Virus record (IMG/VR): IMGVR_UViG_2919361683_000002 | Location: 17,711-81,710 of that record | Direction: 5' to 3' (one strand) | Source: a virus | DNA length: 64,000 nt | Shown here: piece after piece, positions 1-9,800 of the stretch | How the letters are laid out: each line of letters starts with the position of its first letter | How positions within the stretch are numbered: position 1 is the first letter of the stretch | Program-made: the position numbers and the translations under genes | The notes under the pieces: model-generated | What the model was told of the DNA's origin: nothing | The model's input: the letters and a program-made list of their open reading frames with translations, nothing else | Databases searched by the model: none

Positions 1-69
1 CTCCATATTAAATTTGGGCATAATAAAAAAGCCTTTGTTTATAAGGCTTTTAATAGGGGAGAAACACTA

Positions 70-85
70 TAAAATTGGGATTTTA
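70..85. repeat. TAAAA-N6-TTTTA site (spacer TTGGGA)
   Basis: Intergenic inverted repeat of the recurring family, at the left edge of the accessory island. Confidence 0.65.
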
Positions 86-144
86 CAGACTATTCTCGTC
101 TAAAAAAGACGAGTTATTGAGGGATATTTCAAGTTGAAATAAGC

Positions 145-387
145 CTACCTAATTTCACTTAACTCATCTAAAGTTTTTCGATATTTTTGTTGGCCCTTTT
201 TTAGAGATTTTAATAAGGTGGGGTCAGAAATAGAATTGTTGTCAAGCTGCTCATGAAACTCCTTAACTTTTTTAGATGCATGATTCTTCATAAACTCTTC
301 GTTTTTCTTTGATCGTTCCCAGAAGCGTTCAGCATCTTTTCCTTTTAATTTGGGTCTGTTGCGGATATTCACTACATTACTCTTCAC
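145..387 (-). CDS. Small basic hypothetical protein, possibly antitoxin-like
   Basis: 80 aa ORF, GAGGTG RBS; N-terminal RPKLKGKDAERF segment. Confidence 0.7.
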   Translation of the reverse strand: MKSNVVNIRNRPKLKGKDAERFWERSKKNEEFMKNHASKKVKEFHEQLDNNSISDPTLLKSLKKGQQKYRKTLDELSEIR

Positions 388-512
388 TTACACACCTCAT
401 TTCTTTAGATCATACAGCACGAAAAATGCGTAATTTTTGCTCAGTACTATCTTTGGCATTGGCAACTCAATTTTCGTGTGATAAAATATAGTCAAGAAGT
501 ATATACTAAAAA

Positions 513-626
513 AGAGCAGAGATGCGACATCATCTCCACTCTAAAACAACAGCCGCTTATAAGGGCGGTGGCTGCAAGGCGAGTCAGAAATAGACCGTTA
601 CCTTTGGATGAGGCGGTCTATTTTTT
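513..626 (+). ncRNA. Putative type I antitoxin sRNA (SR4/SR5/RatA-like arrangement)
   Basis: TATACT -10 at 502-507; GC-rich hairpins; terminator AAATAGACCG...CGGTCTATTTTTT overlapping the toxin 3' end; ends approximate. Confidence 0.65.
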
Positions 627-701
627 ATTGTGGAAAGAAAGTATTAACACAACCAAAGTCGCAAATGAGATCATAAGCGTCAATGCTTGATATACCTCCA
701 C
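618..701 (-). CDS. Type I toxin, BsrE/BsrH (holin-like toxin) family, 27 aa (M)EVYQALTLMISFATLVVLILSFHNKK
   Basis: Not in ORF track; AAAGGAGGTG RBS, GTG start, single TM helix with KK tail; long structured 5' UTR with TGTTATACT extended -10 near 767-775. Confidence 0.85.
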   Translation of the reverse strand: MEVYQALTLMISFATLVVLILSFHNKK

Positions 702-816
702 TGGCATCACCTCCTTTGCAGGAGACTAGCCGACCGCCCATCTAAGCCATTCCGTTGTTAGAGATAGTATAACATATTATTACGATACGATAGAACTAAG
801 AATTAACCGCATGTCA

Positions 817-1509
817 TTACTTGTCAAAATAATAAGAAATCTTATATTCACCAGAGAAATTATCCACATCAAATGTGACCTTTTTATAGACAGGAGTACC
901 CAACCCATTTGTTACTTGCATGTCATATAAGAAGGAAAATGAGTGTCCAACTTTATTGTCTCTGATAACTAATTTTTCACTGTTACTTTCAATTAATGTG
1001 TAGTTTTTATCATTCAGATATAGGTCTTTCATTTTCTGTAGGTATTCTTCCAAATCAGAAGAAAACCTTTCTTCGCTCTCATTATAAGAGTCTAAATCAA
1101 AAGTCAGAATATCCTTACCATCATAACTCAGCCCATGTCTTGTATTAACATATTTATAATCCAATACATTAGCATAATCATCAAAGCTTCCGCTTTTAAA
1201 TCCACCTACATATTTTCCATGTTGCAAAGCATTTAGATAATTATCTACCGTTGCTTTAGCTTTTTGTTCAGGAGTATTAAAATAAACTGTTATCGCTGAA
1301 ATTACCAAGAAAAGTATTAAGGCAACTCCATATACTATCTTTCTTGGTGTTAATAATTTCTTTTTTGGTGAATTATCTTTAGGTAACTCAGCTACCAAAT
1401 TCTCGCCAGTGTTATCAGATGTGTCACCTAATTCTTGTTTGGCTCCACATTTGTTACAATATAAACTTTCATCCTCTAGCGAATTATTGCAATTAACGCA
1501 TAATTTCAT
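817..1509 (-). CDS. Zinc-ribbon membrane protein
   Basis: N-terminal CxxC...CxxC, one TM helix, C-terminal soluble domain. Confidence 0.8.
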   Translation of the reverse strand: MKLCVNCNNSLEDESLYCNKCGAKQELGDTSDNTGENLVAELPKDNSPKKKLLTPRKIVYGVALILFLVISAITVYFNTPEQKAKATVDNYLNALQHGKYVGGFKSGSFDDYANVLDYKYVNTRHGLSYDGKDILTFDLDSYNESEERFSSDLEEYLQKMKDLYLNDKNYTLIESNSEKLVIRDNKVGHSFSFLYDMQVTNGLGTPVYKKVTFDVDNFSGEYKISYYFDK

Positions 1510-1600
1510 TTAAAATAGTCCCACCTCTCAAATTATACCAATAGTTTACCATGTCTTGGGTAATGGGTCTATAGTATTATAGAAAAGGTGAGTAGTGGGA

Positions 1601-2053
1601 CTAAATAAACAAAGCAACCTCTAGAGATGTTGAATATTTTCCCCTTGATACATATGTGTCATAAATAAGTTCTGGATCATCCGTTTTGAAACGATTGAGT
1701 TTGAAAGGCTCCATAGGCTCTTGAAACAATTTCTCCAACGCTGCTTGTTTGTCCCGATAATAATCGTAAGTAAATGTTGTCTTGTCGGTATATCCTTGTG
1801 AATCGATACGTTCTTTCCTTATTAGAGTGAGAAGGGATAGTTCACTTATATTGGGTGTCTTACGTTCAAGAAACTCGTTGAGTTGTTCAATTGTGTTGAG
1901 CATAAACTTCATTGAGTCGATGATGATCGTTGCTTTAGGTGAGATATCAAGGAAGTAGCAGAGCTGGTCTAGTGTTAAGTTAGGATGATAAAGAACTTTC
2001 CGAGTTTGTACAGCAACAACATTTACGATTGACATATGTATCTTCTCCTTCAA
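1601..2053 (-). CDS. Hypothetical protein
   Basis: 150 aa ORF immediately downstream of the endonuclease; the true start may be the internal ATG after AAGGAG. Confidence 0.7.
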   Translation of the reverse strand: MKEKIHMSIVNVVAVQTRKVLYHPNLTLDQLCYFLDISPKATIIIDSMKFMLNTIEQLNEFLERKTPNISELSLLTLIRKERIDSQGYTDKTTFTYDYYRDKQAALEKLFQEPMEPFKLNRFKTDDPELIYDTYVSRGKYSTSLEVALFI

Positions 2054-2059
2054 TTTGGA

Positions 2060-3760
2060 TTAAGATAGAGCAGGGTAGACAGGGACAGGTAAGATGTTTA
2101 GTTGGGCAAGTTTTTCGTTAAGTATTGATTCGATGTTGTCATAATCCCAGTAGGGAATGCGTATCAACGGGATGTTATGTGACTTACAGTAGTCGTCTTT
2201 GATCTTGTCTCGTCTTTTTTGAAGTTTAAATGATTTTTCGCCACCAAAGTATTCTATTGGTTCGTAGTGTTGCTGTCCATCAAACTCAATCAGAAAAAGA
2301 GGAGGTTCATCTTTTTTCTTCAATACAGCAAAGTCAAATTTAAGAGGAGTACGATCTCTACAATCTTCAAAGTCAAACTGAGGTACATAGGTATAATTAT
2401 TATTCGATAAGTACAGACGAATCCGTTCTTCACCTTTTGATTCTGATTTCTTAGGTGGTCTACATCTTGGACAGCGCGCGCCTCCTTGAACGAAGTTGGA
2501 GGGCACAGTATTGTAAACATGTCCACATTCAAGGTGTTTAAGCTTTACCTTGTCTGAATCTGTAATATATTCGCTGACTAATTCGTAGCATCCATTAGTC
2601 AATAATTTAACTTGATGTGCGAATACTTTAGTGTCTTTCTTAGTGTAACCGTGGCATATGGGACAAGAAGCACCCGTCAGTAGATTATGAGCTGCTATTT
2701 CAAATACGCAGGCACAGTCAAAGTGTTTTATCTTCATTTTAGAAACTGTACTGATATATTTACTTAAAATTCCGTATTCGTCCATGAATTTAGGTCTTTT
2801 TGAAAGCAAAACATTAATAAAATCTTCATGGCTGTAAGCAATTCCACCATTACAGTAATGGCATCTTGCTCCACTTAAAAAATGTGAAGGTGTTGTTAAA
2901 TAAGATTTACCGCACACATTATGCAATACTTTTATTTTTTTGCTTGATCCATGATATTCAGTAAGTAGGGTATACTCCGTACCTACCAACGACAATACTT
3001 CTTTTTTGAAACTTCCTGTTGTTTTCTTTGCAATCCCAGCACAATGAGGACAACCATTTTTTGCTCTGCTATAAATAGGAGCCTTCCATCTGTGACCATT
3101 TGTGCATTTCCAATTAACTTTCAAACGACTACTTAATGTTACATCAGAAGGTAATACAGAATTGCTTTCATAATCCCATTCAGATAGCAAACTTGGAGAG
3201 TTACTCTCCAGTGAGTTTGTGATATTGACCCGACGTCCAACACAATAAGGACAGCTACGACCTCTAATTCTTTCGTATGGTGGCATATCATAATTGCTAT
3301 TGCAAGTTGGGCAATTCCACCAAAATTTTTTGCGACTAGAACCATAAACTTCAAACGCAGAAATTCCGTTTTTTAAAATGTCCCACTCGCTCAGCAATTT
3401 TGGACCAACAGAACCTAAAGACCTTTCTAATGGTACATTTTCTTTTTTTGTATTTACTGATTTAATTCTTGAGCATTTGTAACACCTGTCTAGGCCGTCA
3501 CCAGTACTTCTATTTTTTAAGATCATTCCATAACTTGAATTCTTTGTTTCAGATCCGCAAACATCGCATATTTTAGTAACCTTATATCTCATGGTTGTAG
3601 GGGGAAGGTCGCATACTTTCACTATAAGTTTTGTTCCGCTTGGAACAGCTATTCGACCTTTTTTGTCTAGGCTTCTGGGAATAAGATATCCAAGACTTTC
3701 ATAATACGTAATTGTTTTTGAGATTAAAGTTACTTCAATATGTTCTTCTTTGATACCCAA
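2060..3760 (-). CDS. Multi-Zn-finger protein with C-terminal Vsr/DUF559/DUF2726-like PD-(D/E)XK endonuclease
   Basis: Repeated EWD..N..WxC..CP.C and H..CG..CP.C units; C-terminal SKGE..FDFAV..IEFDGQQH..D..K..YC..LIRIPYW. Confidence 0.85.
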   Translation of the reverse strand: MGIKEEHIEVTLISKTITYYESLGYLIPRSLDKKGRIAVPSGTKLIVKVCDLPPTTMRYKVTKICDVCGSETKNSSYGMILKNRSTGDGLDRCYKCSRIKSVNTKKENVPLERSLGSVGPKLLSEWDILKNGISAFEVYGSSRKKFWWNCPTCNSNYDMPPYERIRGRSCPYCVGRRVNITNSLESNSPSLLSEWDYESNSVLPSDVTLSSRLKVNWKCTNGHRWKAPIYSRAKNGCPHCAGIAKKTTGSFKKEVLSLVGTEYTLLTEYHGSSKKIKVLHNVCGKSYLTTPSHFLSGARCHYCNGGIAYSHEDFINVLLSKRPKFMDEYGILSKYISTVSKMKIKHFDCACVFEIAAHNLLTGASCPICHGYTKKDTKVFAHQVKLLTNGCYELVSEYITDSDKVKLKHLECGHVYNTVPSNFVQGGARCPRCRPPKKSESKGEERIRLYLSNNNYTYVPQFDFEDCRDRTPLKFDFAVLKKKDEPPLFLIEFDGQQHYEPIEYFGGEKSFKLQKRRDKIKDDYCKSHNIPLIRIPYWDYDNIESILNEKLAQLNILPVPVYPALS

Positions 3761-3778
3761 CCGAATACTTCCTTTCTT

Positions 3779-3849
3779 TATTAGTTATATAACCTATATA
3801 ACTAATATAACCATACGATTGTTTGTTGTCAATATAAGTTGTATAACTT
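3779..3849. promoter_or_regulatory. Palindromic operator(s) in the divergent RHH/endonuclease promoter region
   Basis: TATTAGTTATAT-aacct-ATATAACTAATA (12-bp arms) and AAGTTGTATAACTT; repeated TATAAC units. Confidence 0.65.
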
Positions 3850-3879
3850 ATAATACTTTGTATCGGAGGTGTGCTTAAT

Positions 3880-4044
3880 TTGGCAATTGATAAAGATAAA
3901 AATACTCAAGTTCTTGTAACTTTTCCAAACGATTTACTTGATGAAATAGAGATGTTCTGGCATGAAAACAAATTAAAAAACCGTTCTGAGACGATCAGAA
4001 GATTGGTTGAAATAGGTTTAGAAAAGAAAAATACTGAGAAATAA
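3880..4044 (+). CDS. Ribbon-helix-helix (CopG/Arc/MetJ-like) regulator, 54 aa
   Basis: Not in ORF track; GGAGGT RBS, TTG start; MAIDKDKNTQVLVTFPNDLLDEIEMFWHENKLKNRSETIRRLVEIGLEKKNTEK. Confidence 0.85.
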   Translation: MAIDKDKNTQVLVTFPNDLLDEIEMFWHENKLKNRSETIRRLVEIGLEKKNTEK

Positions 4045-4067
4045 TTTTATATTGAAGCGAAAATAAG

Positions 4068-4092
4068 AAAAGAGCCTATAATTAGGCTCTTT
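4068..4092. terminator. Bidirectional intrinsic terminator
   Basis: AAAAGAGCCTATAATTAGGCTCTTT between convergent genes. Confidence 0.75.
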
Positions 4093-4116
4093 CATTTACC
4101 TACATATTCACTTTAA

Positions 4117-4851
4117 TTACATCATGTATATCTTCAATGAATCTCGCTCTGTGGAATTTGGTGCGGCGTAATCAATTGGCATTTTTCCATCAGCATCTTT
4201 TAGTTTTGGATTTGCTTTATAAGTCAAACCTGTTAATTCGCCTTGATAGAAATTGTTTTTATCAATAATTGTTTCGTGCAAAGGACTTTGTTTTTTATTA
4301 TTCAAAATATTCACGTTCAACGCATTCTTCTTGATCACAAGGTAGGTCGCATAATCATTCTTACGAATTACCCAGTGCAAAATAGAATCTCCATTAGCAT
4401 CCTGACTGTTAATCGTTAGTTCACCACTGGCAATGGCTGCTGCAATCTTCTCGCTATCCAGTTTATCTCCTTTTGTGTATTGATCCACGTTGAAGGTTTT
4501 GCCTCCTTGCTTAACCGCTGATGTTGCTGGCTCACTTTTTGTGGTTGTTGTAGCAGATGGGGGAGAGGAGGGAGCAGGTGTTGCTCCATTGCTTTTAACC
4601 AGCTCAATTTTACCGCCACTAGCGCTTGCTACATTATAGCCCATTGCACTTGCTGTATCTCTAAGTGGAAGATACGCTTTGCCATTCACATTGATTGGGC
4701 TATCGTTTAACTTAGCTTCTTGTCCATTGACCACAATCTTTGTAGGTGTCAATGTTGCTTTTAAATATGTACTTGCTCCTGCTACGCCACTAACTGCCAC
4801 TGCAACGCCAAATATTGCACCAGCGAGGAACGTTGGTATCCGTTTTTTCAT
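4117..4851 (-). CDS. Secreted protein: copper-amine-oxidase N-terminal (stalk) domain + ankyrin-like repeats
   Basis: Signal peptide; VNG..PI.VNGKAYLPLR motif; P/S/T linker; GDSILHW, SPLHE and GKMPID ankyrin-like motifs. Confidence 0.8.
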   Translation of the reverse strand: MKKRIPTFLAGAIFGVAVAVSGVAGASTYLKATLTPTKIVVNGQEAKLNDSPINVNGKAYLPLRDTASAMGYNVASASGGKIELVKSNGATPAPSSPPSATTTTKSEPATSAVKQGGKTFNVDQYTKGDKLDSEKIAAAIASGELTINSQDANGDSILHWVIRKNDYATYLVIKKNALNVNILNNKKQSPLHETIIDKNNFYQGELTGLTYKANPKLKDADGKMPIDYAAPNSTERDSLKIYMM

Positions 4852-4980
4852 TGTACATCCTCCAATTATTCGATTAGCATATGATTTTACACATACTTAC
4901 AATATATATCGGATAGGAGGGAGTGGAAGTTTATAGAAAATATAAAAGACCCTCAAAATGAGAGTCTTATCAAAGAAATA

Positions 4981-5172
4981 TTAAAAAGTTTTTTTAGCGT
5001 CGATTGGTTTTATTTTAACAAATCCATTTGTGTCAAACTCTAGATTTAGATTATTACGCAAATCAATGGATTTATTCTTTTTAAGTCTGTTTATCATTGG
5101 TGTATCAGAGAAGGGATTAGCTAACTTTTTTCTTGTCAATGAGTTATTTGCTTGTTTGACAGTACTTTTCAT
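4981..5172 (-). CDS. Small basic hypothetical protein
   Basis: 63 aa, GGAGGG RBS, followed by a hairpin near 4947-4969. Confidence 0.65.
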   Translation of the reverse strand: MKSTVKQANNSLTRKKLANPFSDTPMINRLKKNKSIDLRNNLNLEFDTNGFVKIKPIDAKKTF

Positions 5173-5225
5173 AAGAAACCCTCCTTCCCTTATGATTATA
5201 TCACACTTTAGGGGAACGTGCGATC

Positions 5226-6257
5226 CTATAATTCCTTGATGAATTTAGCTAATTGCTTATAAGCAGCTTCCTTTTGATCAAGAATCTTGAAACATTTTGT
5301 GATTCTTGATGCTTTTCCTGTCTTTTTCGAATGGCTGTATCCTTCAATCTTCCATTTTCCTGAGTCTTCGCAAAGACTTAGTGTCTTAGTGGTCTTATCA
5401 CCTTCAAGTGACCACTGTTCTTTACCATCATTAATTGAATATAACCAATCAAGATTATCTGAAACAGCACTAATGCTATTCATTAATTCCAATACAGTTT
5501 GGTATCTTTTAGTAGTGTCAACTTCTAAAGCCTTTTTAATACACTTTCTCAAGCTGTTTGGTATATGAGGAAGAAACTTATCTCGTAATGGAAAAGTTCC
5601 CTTCATCACGTTCTCTTCAGAAAAAGATGCACATTGAGAATTAAAATCCTCATTTCCGTTACACATCCGATATAGCGTTAATCCAGCTTGATAGATATCA
5701 TATTGGTTGGTAAGAGAAGTGGTTACCAATGCATCTGGAACTAAATGTTTCATATAAATTTTATCAGGAGATGCAAACCCATTGGTATCAGTGTATTTAG
5801 TAAGACCAAAATCGGTAAGAAGAGCTCTGTTTGAATCGTCAATTATAATATTGGTTGGTTTGATATCAAAATGGACAAGCTTCTTCGTATGTACAAAGTG
5901 TAGCCCACTTAAAAAATCAAGCGAGTATTTAACAATTTCTCTTACGCTCAAAAACCTCTTATTCATCAGAGTATTCAGTGAACCTCTTGAGTGATACGGC
6001 ATGGATAGATATATTTTATCAACATCTTCACAAGCGTAATTAATTACCATGATATTAGGATGACGACTGCTGTACAACATTTTAGACTCATTAAAGTAAT
6101 CTTCTTTCAATTCAAAATCCGATTTTAGAATTGATTTTACAACTATTTGTGAATCGAGTTGAATATCTCGGGCAAGAAATGCTTTAGAATTAAGTCCTTC
6201 GCCACCTATCTCTCTAATGAATTCAAAAGTCAATTGAGTGACAACCTGATATGTCAT
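5226..6257 (-). CDS. Hanks-type Ser/Thr protein kinase
   Basis: GGEGLNS Gly loop, VVK, HPNI, HFDIKPTN catalytic loop, DFG, DIYQAG. Confidence 0.93.
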   Translation of the reverse strand: MTYQVVTQLTFEFIREIGGEGLNSKAFLARDIQLDSQIVVKSILKSDFELKEDYFNESKMLYSSRHPNIMVINYACEDVDKIYLSMPYHSRGSLNTLMNKRFLSVREIVKYSLDFLSGLHFVHTKKLVHFDIKPTNIIIDDSNRALLTDFGLTKYTDTNGFASPDKIYMKHLVPDALVTTSLTNQYDIYQAGLTLYRMCNGNEDFNSQCASFSEENVMKGTFPLRDKFLPHIPNSLRKCIKKALEVDTTKRYQTVLELMNSISAVSDNLDWLYSINDGKEQWSLEGDKTTKTLSLCEDSGKWKIEGYSHSKKTGKASRITKCFKILDQKEAAYKQLAKFIKEL

Positions 6258-6736
6258 AGAATCACCTCTTCTTCTAATTCACTAGCTGCAATAGCGGTGA
6301 TAATACTTTCCCTTACGCTCTTGGCTGATTTACTAACTCCTTCAACATTAAGCAATTCGTTATCACCATCAATAAAATCTTTTACTTTCTGAGTAGACTC
6401 TTCAACCAAACTTGCAATTTTGGAAATTGTACCGAGAAAATACTTGTGTATACTGCAATCGGCAAGCAATTCTTGAATTACCCCTTCTAGATAAATTCTC
6501 TCAATGCTCACATTCTGAGCAGTTCCTTCGTGAACCCTGATACCAGCATAAGCAACCGAAAACTCAATGAAAATAGAATTGAGGTTGGTTCTTATATATG
6601 CCAGTTGATCGGGGACTTCCAAAGCTTTTGGGATAATTATTTTATCGTGAGTTAGAATTGTTATCTCGCCTTCGATCTTTTCAGTTATACAATAAAAAAC
6701 TTCTGATGGCGAAACTCGTATTCCTATTGATCGCAA
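6254..6736 (-). CDS. RNase-H/RuvC-fold-like hypothetical protein, translationally coupled to the kinase
   Basis: N-terminal beta strands MRSIGIRVSPSEVFYCI and ERIYLEGVIQ resemble RuvC-like proteins; ATGA overlap with kinase. Confidence 0.6.
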   Translation of the reverse strand: MRSIGIRVSPSEVFYCITEKIEGEITILTHDKIIIPKALEVPDQLAYIRTNLNSIFIEFSVAYAGIRVHEGTAQNVSIERIYLEGVIQELLADCSIHKYFLGTISKIASLVEESTQKVKDFIDGDNELLNVEGVSKSAKSVRESIITAIAASELEEEVIL

Positions 6737-6855
6737 AATTTATCACTCTCCTATAGTTCTACTATACGACATATGGGAACATATTCCTACAGAACAAATG
6801 TTTGATATAGTCGCATAGTAGGAGGGAGGAGAGAGAAAGATAGTAGTCTTAAGGT

Positions 6856-9800
6856 TTACATAAAGTCGTAGCGAGTACCATTGAAGGTGATTTTGCCATC
6901 AGCAGAGAGGACGATGGAAGCTTTTCCGTTGGATATTTTGATGTTGCCTTGATCACCAATGATGTTTACATCTTTGCTGAGAACATTAAATTTCCCCGAG
7001 TCAGATTTTAAAAGAATACCTTCATCTGTCAACTTCAAACTTCGTTCTTTAGCGGTATTACTAGCATTATAGATAAAGTCAAAGCTTCCATTTGGTTTCT
7101 TAATCCAGCCAATACCTGATCCACCGCTACCGCCATCACCAATACCCATTCTCCAAAATGGAGTACTACTGTCTCCCGAACCTTCGAATCCAGCCTCCAT
7201 TTTTGCTTTTTCGTCCATCTCGTATTCAAGTACAGGCCATTCGGTTTCATCGGTAGTCATTTGTCCTGATTGAGTTGAATTTTTCCAATATAAAGGCTTG
7301 CCATCATCTAGAGTCTTCTGTTTGCCAGCACCTTTAACTTTGCCAGTAATCCATTTTGCGGTATTACCTTCGATGCGGATATAGTTTGACCAATCTGATA
7401 ATGCAGCATTAGTCAAAGTCGATAGGCGTCCTGCTACCAATGCAGAAATATATCCCATATCAGATGTAACCATGTTTGCAGCAATTAATTGGGCATCCAC
7501 TCGACCTGCACCCAGAATATTCCACCCATCCATGTTTAAATCGCGTGTAGCTGTGTCTAACAGGAAGCGACCATTTGGATCAGTTAGTTGTAGGTTTTTA
7601 AATCTGGCACGACCGTCCATGTAAATAGCAGCCGGAGCACTATCATCTGTTGCACCTACACGAATACCGTTACGATCAATAACGACCACTCTATTACCAC
7701 TACCAACCTGGAATTTACTATCAACAACCAGCGAATCTGACAATTCAGCACCAGTCATCCAAACTTTACCGTAGTAATCCGCGTGAAATGGAGCTGAAGA
7801 CCAATTTGAGGAGCCTAATGCCAAACCGTCCTTATCAATCCTAAATACTCGCTCTCCTTCGCCAGCTTGAAAGTTACCCTTCATAAACAAATCGCCATCG
7901 GGAGAAGTATACAATGTCTTTTCGAATGAGCCATTTCGGTTACGTTCTAATTTGAATCCATCTTCATTGTCGAACGTAAACTTATTTAAAACTTTATCAT
8001 TTCCGCATACGTTTGGTTCTTCAAATCGATTGAATCTTAAACCAAACTTATCTGGATTTTCCTCTAATAGCCCAAGCTTAACGACTTCACGTTTACATCT
8101 ATCCTGAATGGTTAGTTTAGAGCCTTCGATAGTGAATACACCAGTCGTATCACCGATTACTACACGTTCACCAAGGATAATTTTTCCAAGAACTTGCTCT
8201 GCCACTAGGCCGTCCGCGCTGATACAAGTTTCATACTTGTTGCCTCCCGAGCGAGTCAAACCCATTGCACCGTGTGTTAGCTTGAGCCATCTCATAGGAT
8301 CTTTGTCGTCAACAATTGTTATGCCAGTGTGATCAAAGGTAACTGTCTCATTAATCGCCATCTCTAAACGTTCTTTTTCTCTATTCCATACATTCTCAAA
8401 CAGCTTATTCATTTCACTTGAATCAAACACAGCTTTATCATACTTGAATTTATTCAGATCCAACGTAACTCCATGAGTCCTTACATCTTGGAACAACTTA
8501 TCAAATTCATTGCCCATTCTACTTACGTCTTTTACATTGGATATTGTCAGACTAATATTCGACTGTTCATAATCATACTCAACCTTAATTATTCTTGCCG
8601 TGACATCTACGCCAGTCGGTTCATATTTGATGTTAACGAAATCGCCAAGATTCATCTTCTTCCAATCATATTGTGCTTCAATTATCTCTAAGAAGTTAAC
8701 AATATCAATTTCCATGCTTAGTTGTGGACGTAGCAATTCTTTGAACTTCTTCATTGTTTCATCGTACAAATCTTGCTCATCTATGTATTTACTGTCTGAG
8801 TAGTCCTGCGTAATAATATAAGAATCGCTTAACTCCATCATCTGCTCATGTGTAAAATTCTTATCATAAGCGAATGTACTTCTCAGGTTACTTATCTTGT
8901 TGGAAACGGTAGTCAGATTAGCTTTAACAGCATCAATTTCTGCTTGTTTCTGTTTAATCTGCATTTCTTTATTATCTAAACTGTATCGCTCAATAATCTT
9001 TGAATCTGTGCCTGAATCATATTCATCTATGCTAATGTTGCATACCTGAATGTATACACCCGTATTGCCACCGCTAATAGAGACATTGACATGATCCTGA
9101 TATCGAACCTTACCCAGAAGTCTCCATTGATTAGAAGAAACGGCTTTATTCGATCCATCTAAACTAACTGTAACACCAGTTGTGTCATCAACCTTAATCA
9201 TAACCGCATAACCAAAATCAGAAGACAATTTGAACCTACGTGAACTGCTACCAGAATGCTCATACTTCTCAAAGAACATCTTCAAATCAAATTGTTGAGA
9301 TATTTTCGTATCTGCAACTACAACTTCATTTTTTACTAGCTTATCCATATCAACTTCAAGAAGAGCTAGTTGCTTTTCATAGCCTTGTTGTTCCTTGAGG
9401 TATGCATTAAACTCTGTTTTCTTTGATTCAATTAATGCTTCAAAGTCGAGTAGGGCATGACACAACGAATCACTCATGTAATCACTGTGTCTAATGACTT
9501 TCCGATTAGCATCCCGTTCAAATGGATACATGAAATATTGAAAGCTTTCTACATAGTTTTGCCCAGTAGGATTTACTTTTTCAAATGTCATGTCATCCTG
9601 ACCAAACCCCTTTAACCTTGTGACTATAGGTTCAGAGGTTGAATGTCTAGTCATCGATTTTAAATACTTATTCCAACTAAAGGTCAATCCTTTATTTGTA
9701 CCAGTCAGTTCAGGTTTTTGTAATGAAATGGTGTTTTTATCGGTATTGAAAATCGTTATAGCATTGTATGTTTCACCAACAGTCAAAATCGCATCCAATA

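Noticed and set aside
1-140. Prophage att end
   Set aside because: Only hairpins and one repeat-family site; no host gene or partner att visible
309-690. ORF-track ORFs 309-491 and 478-690
   Set aside because: No RBS; they overlap a real gene and the type I TA locus
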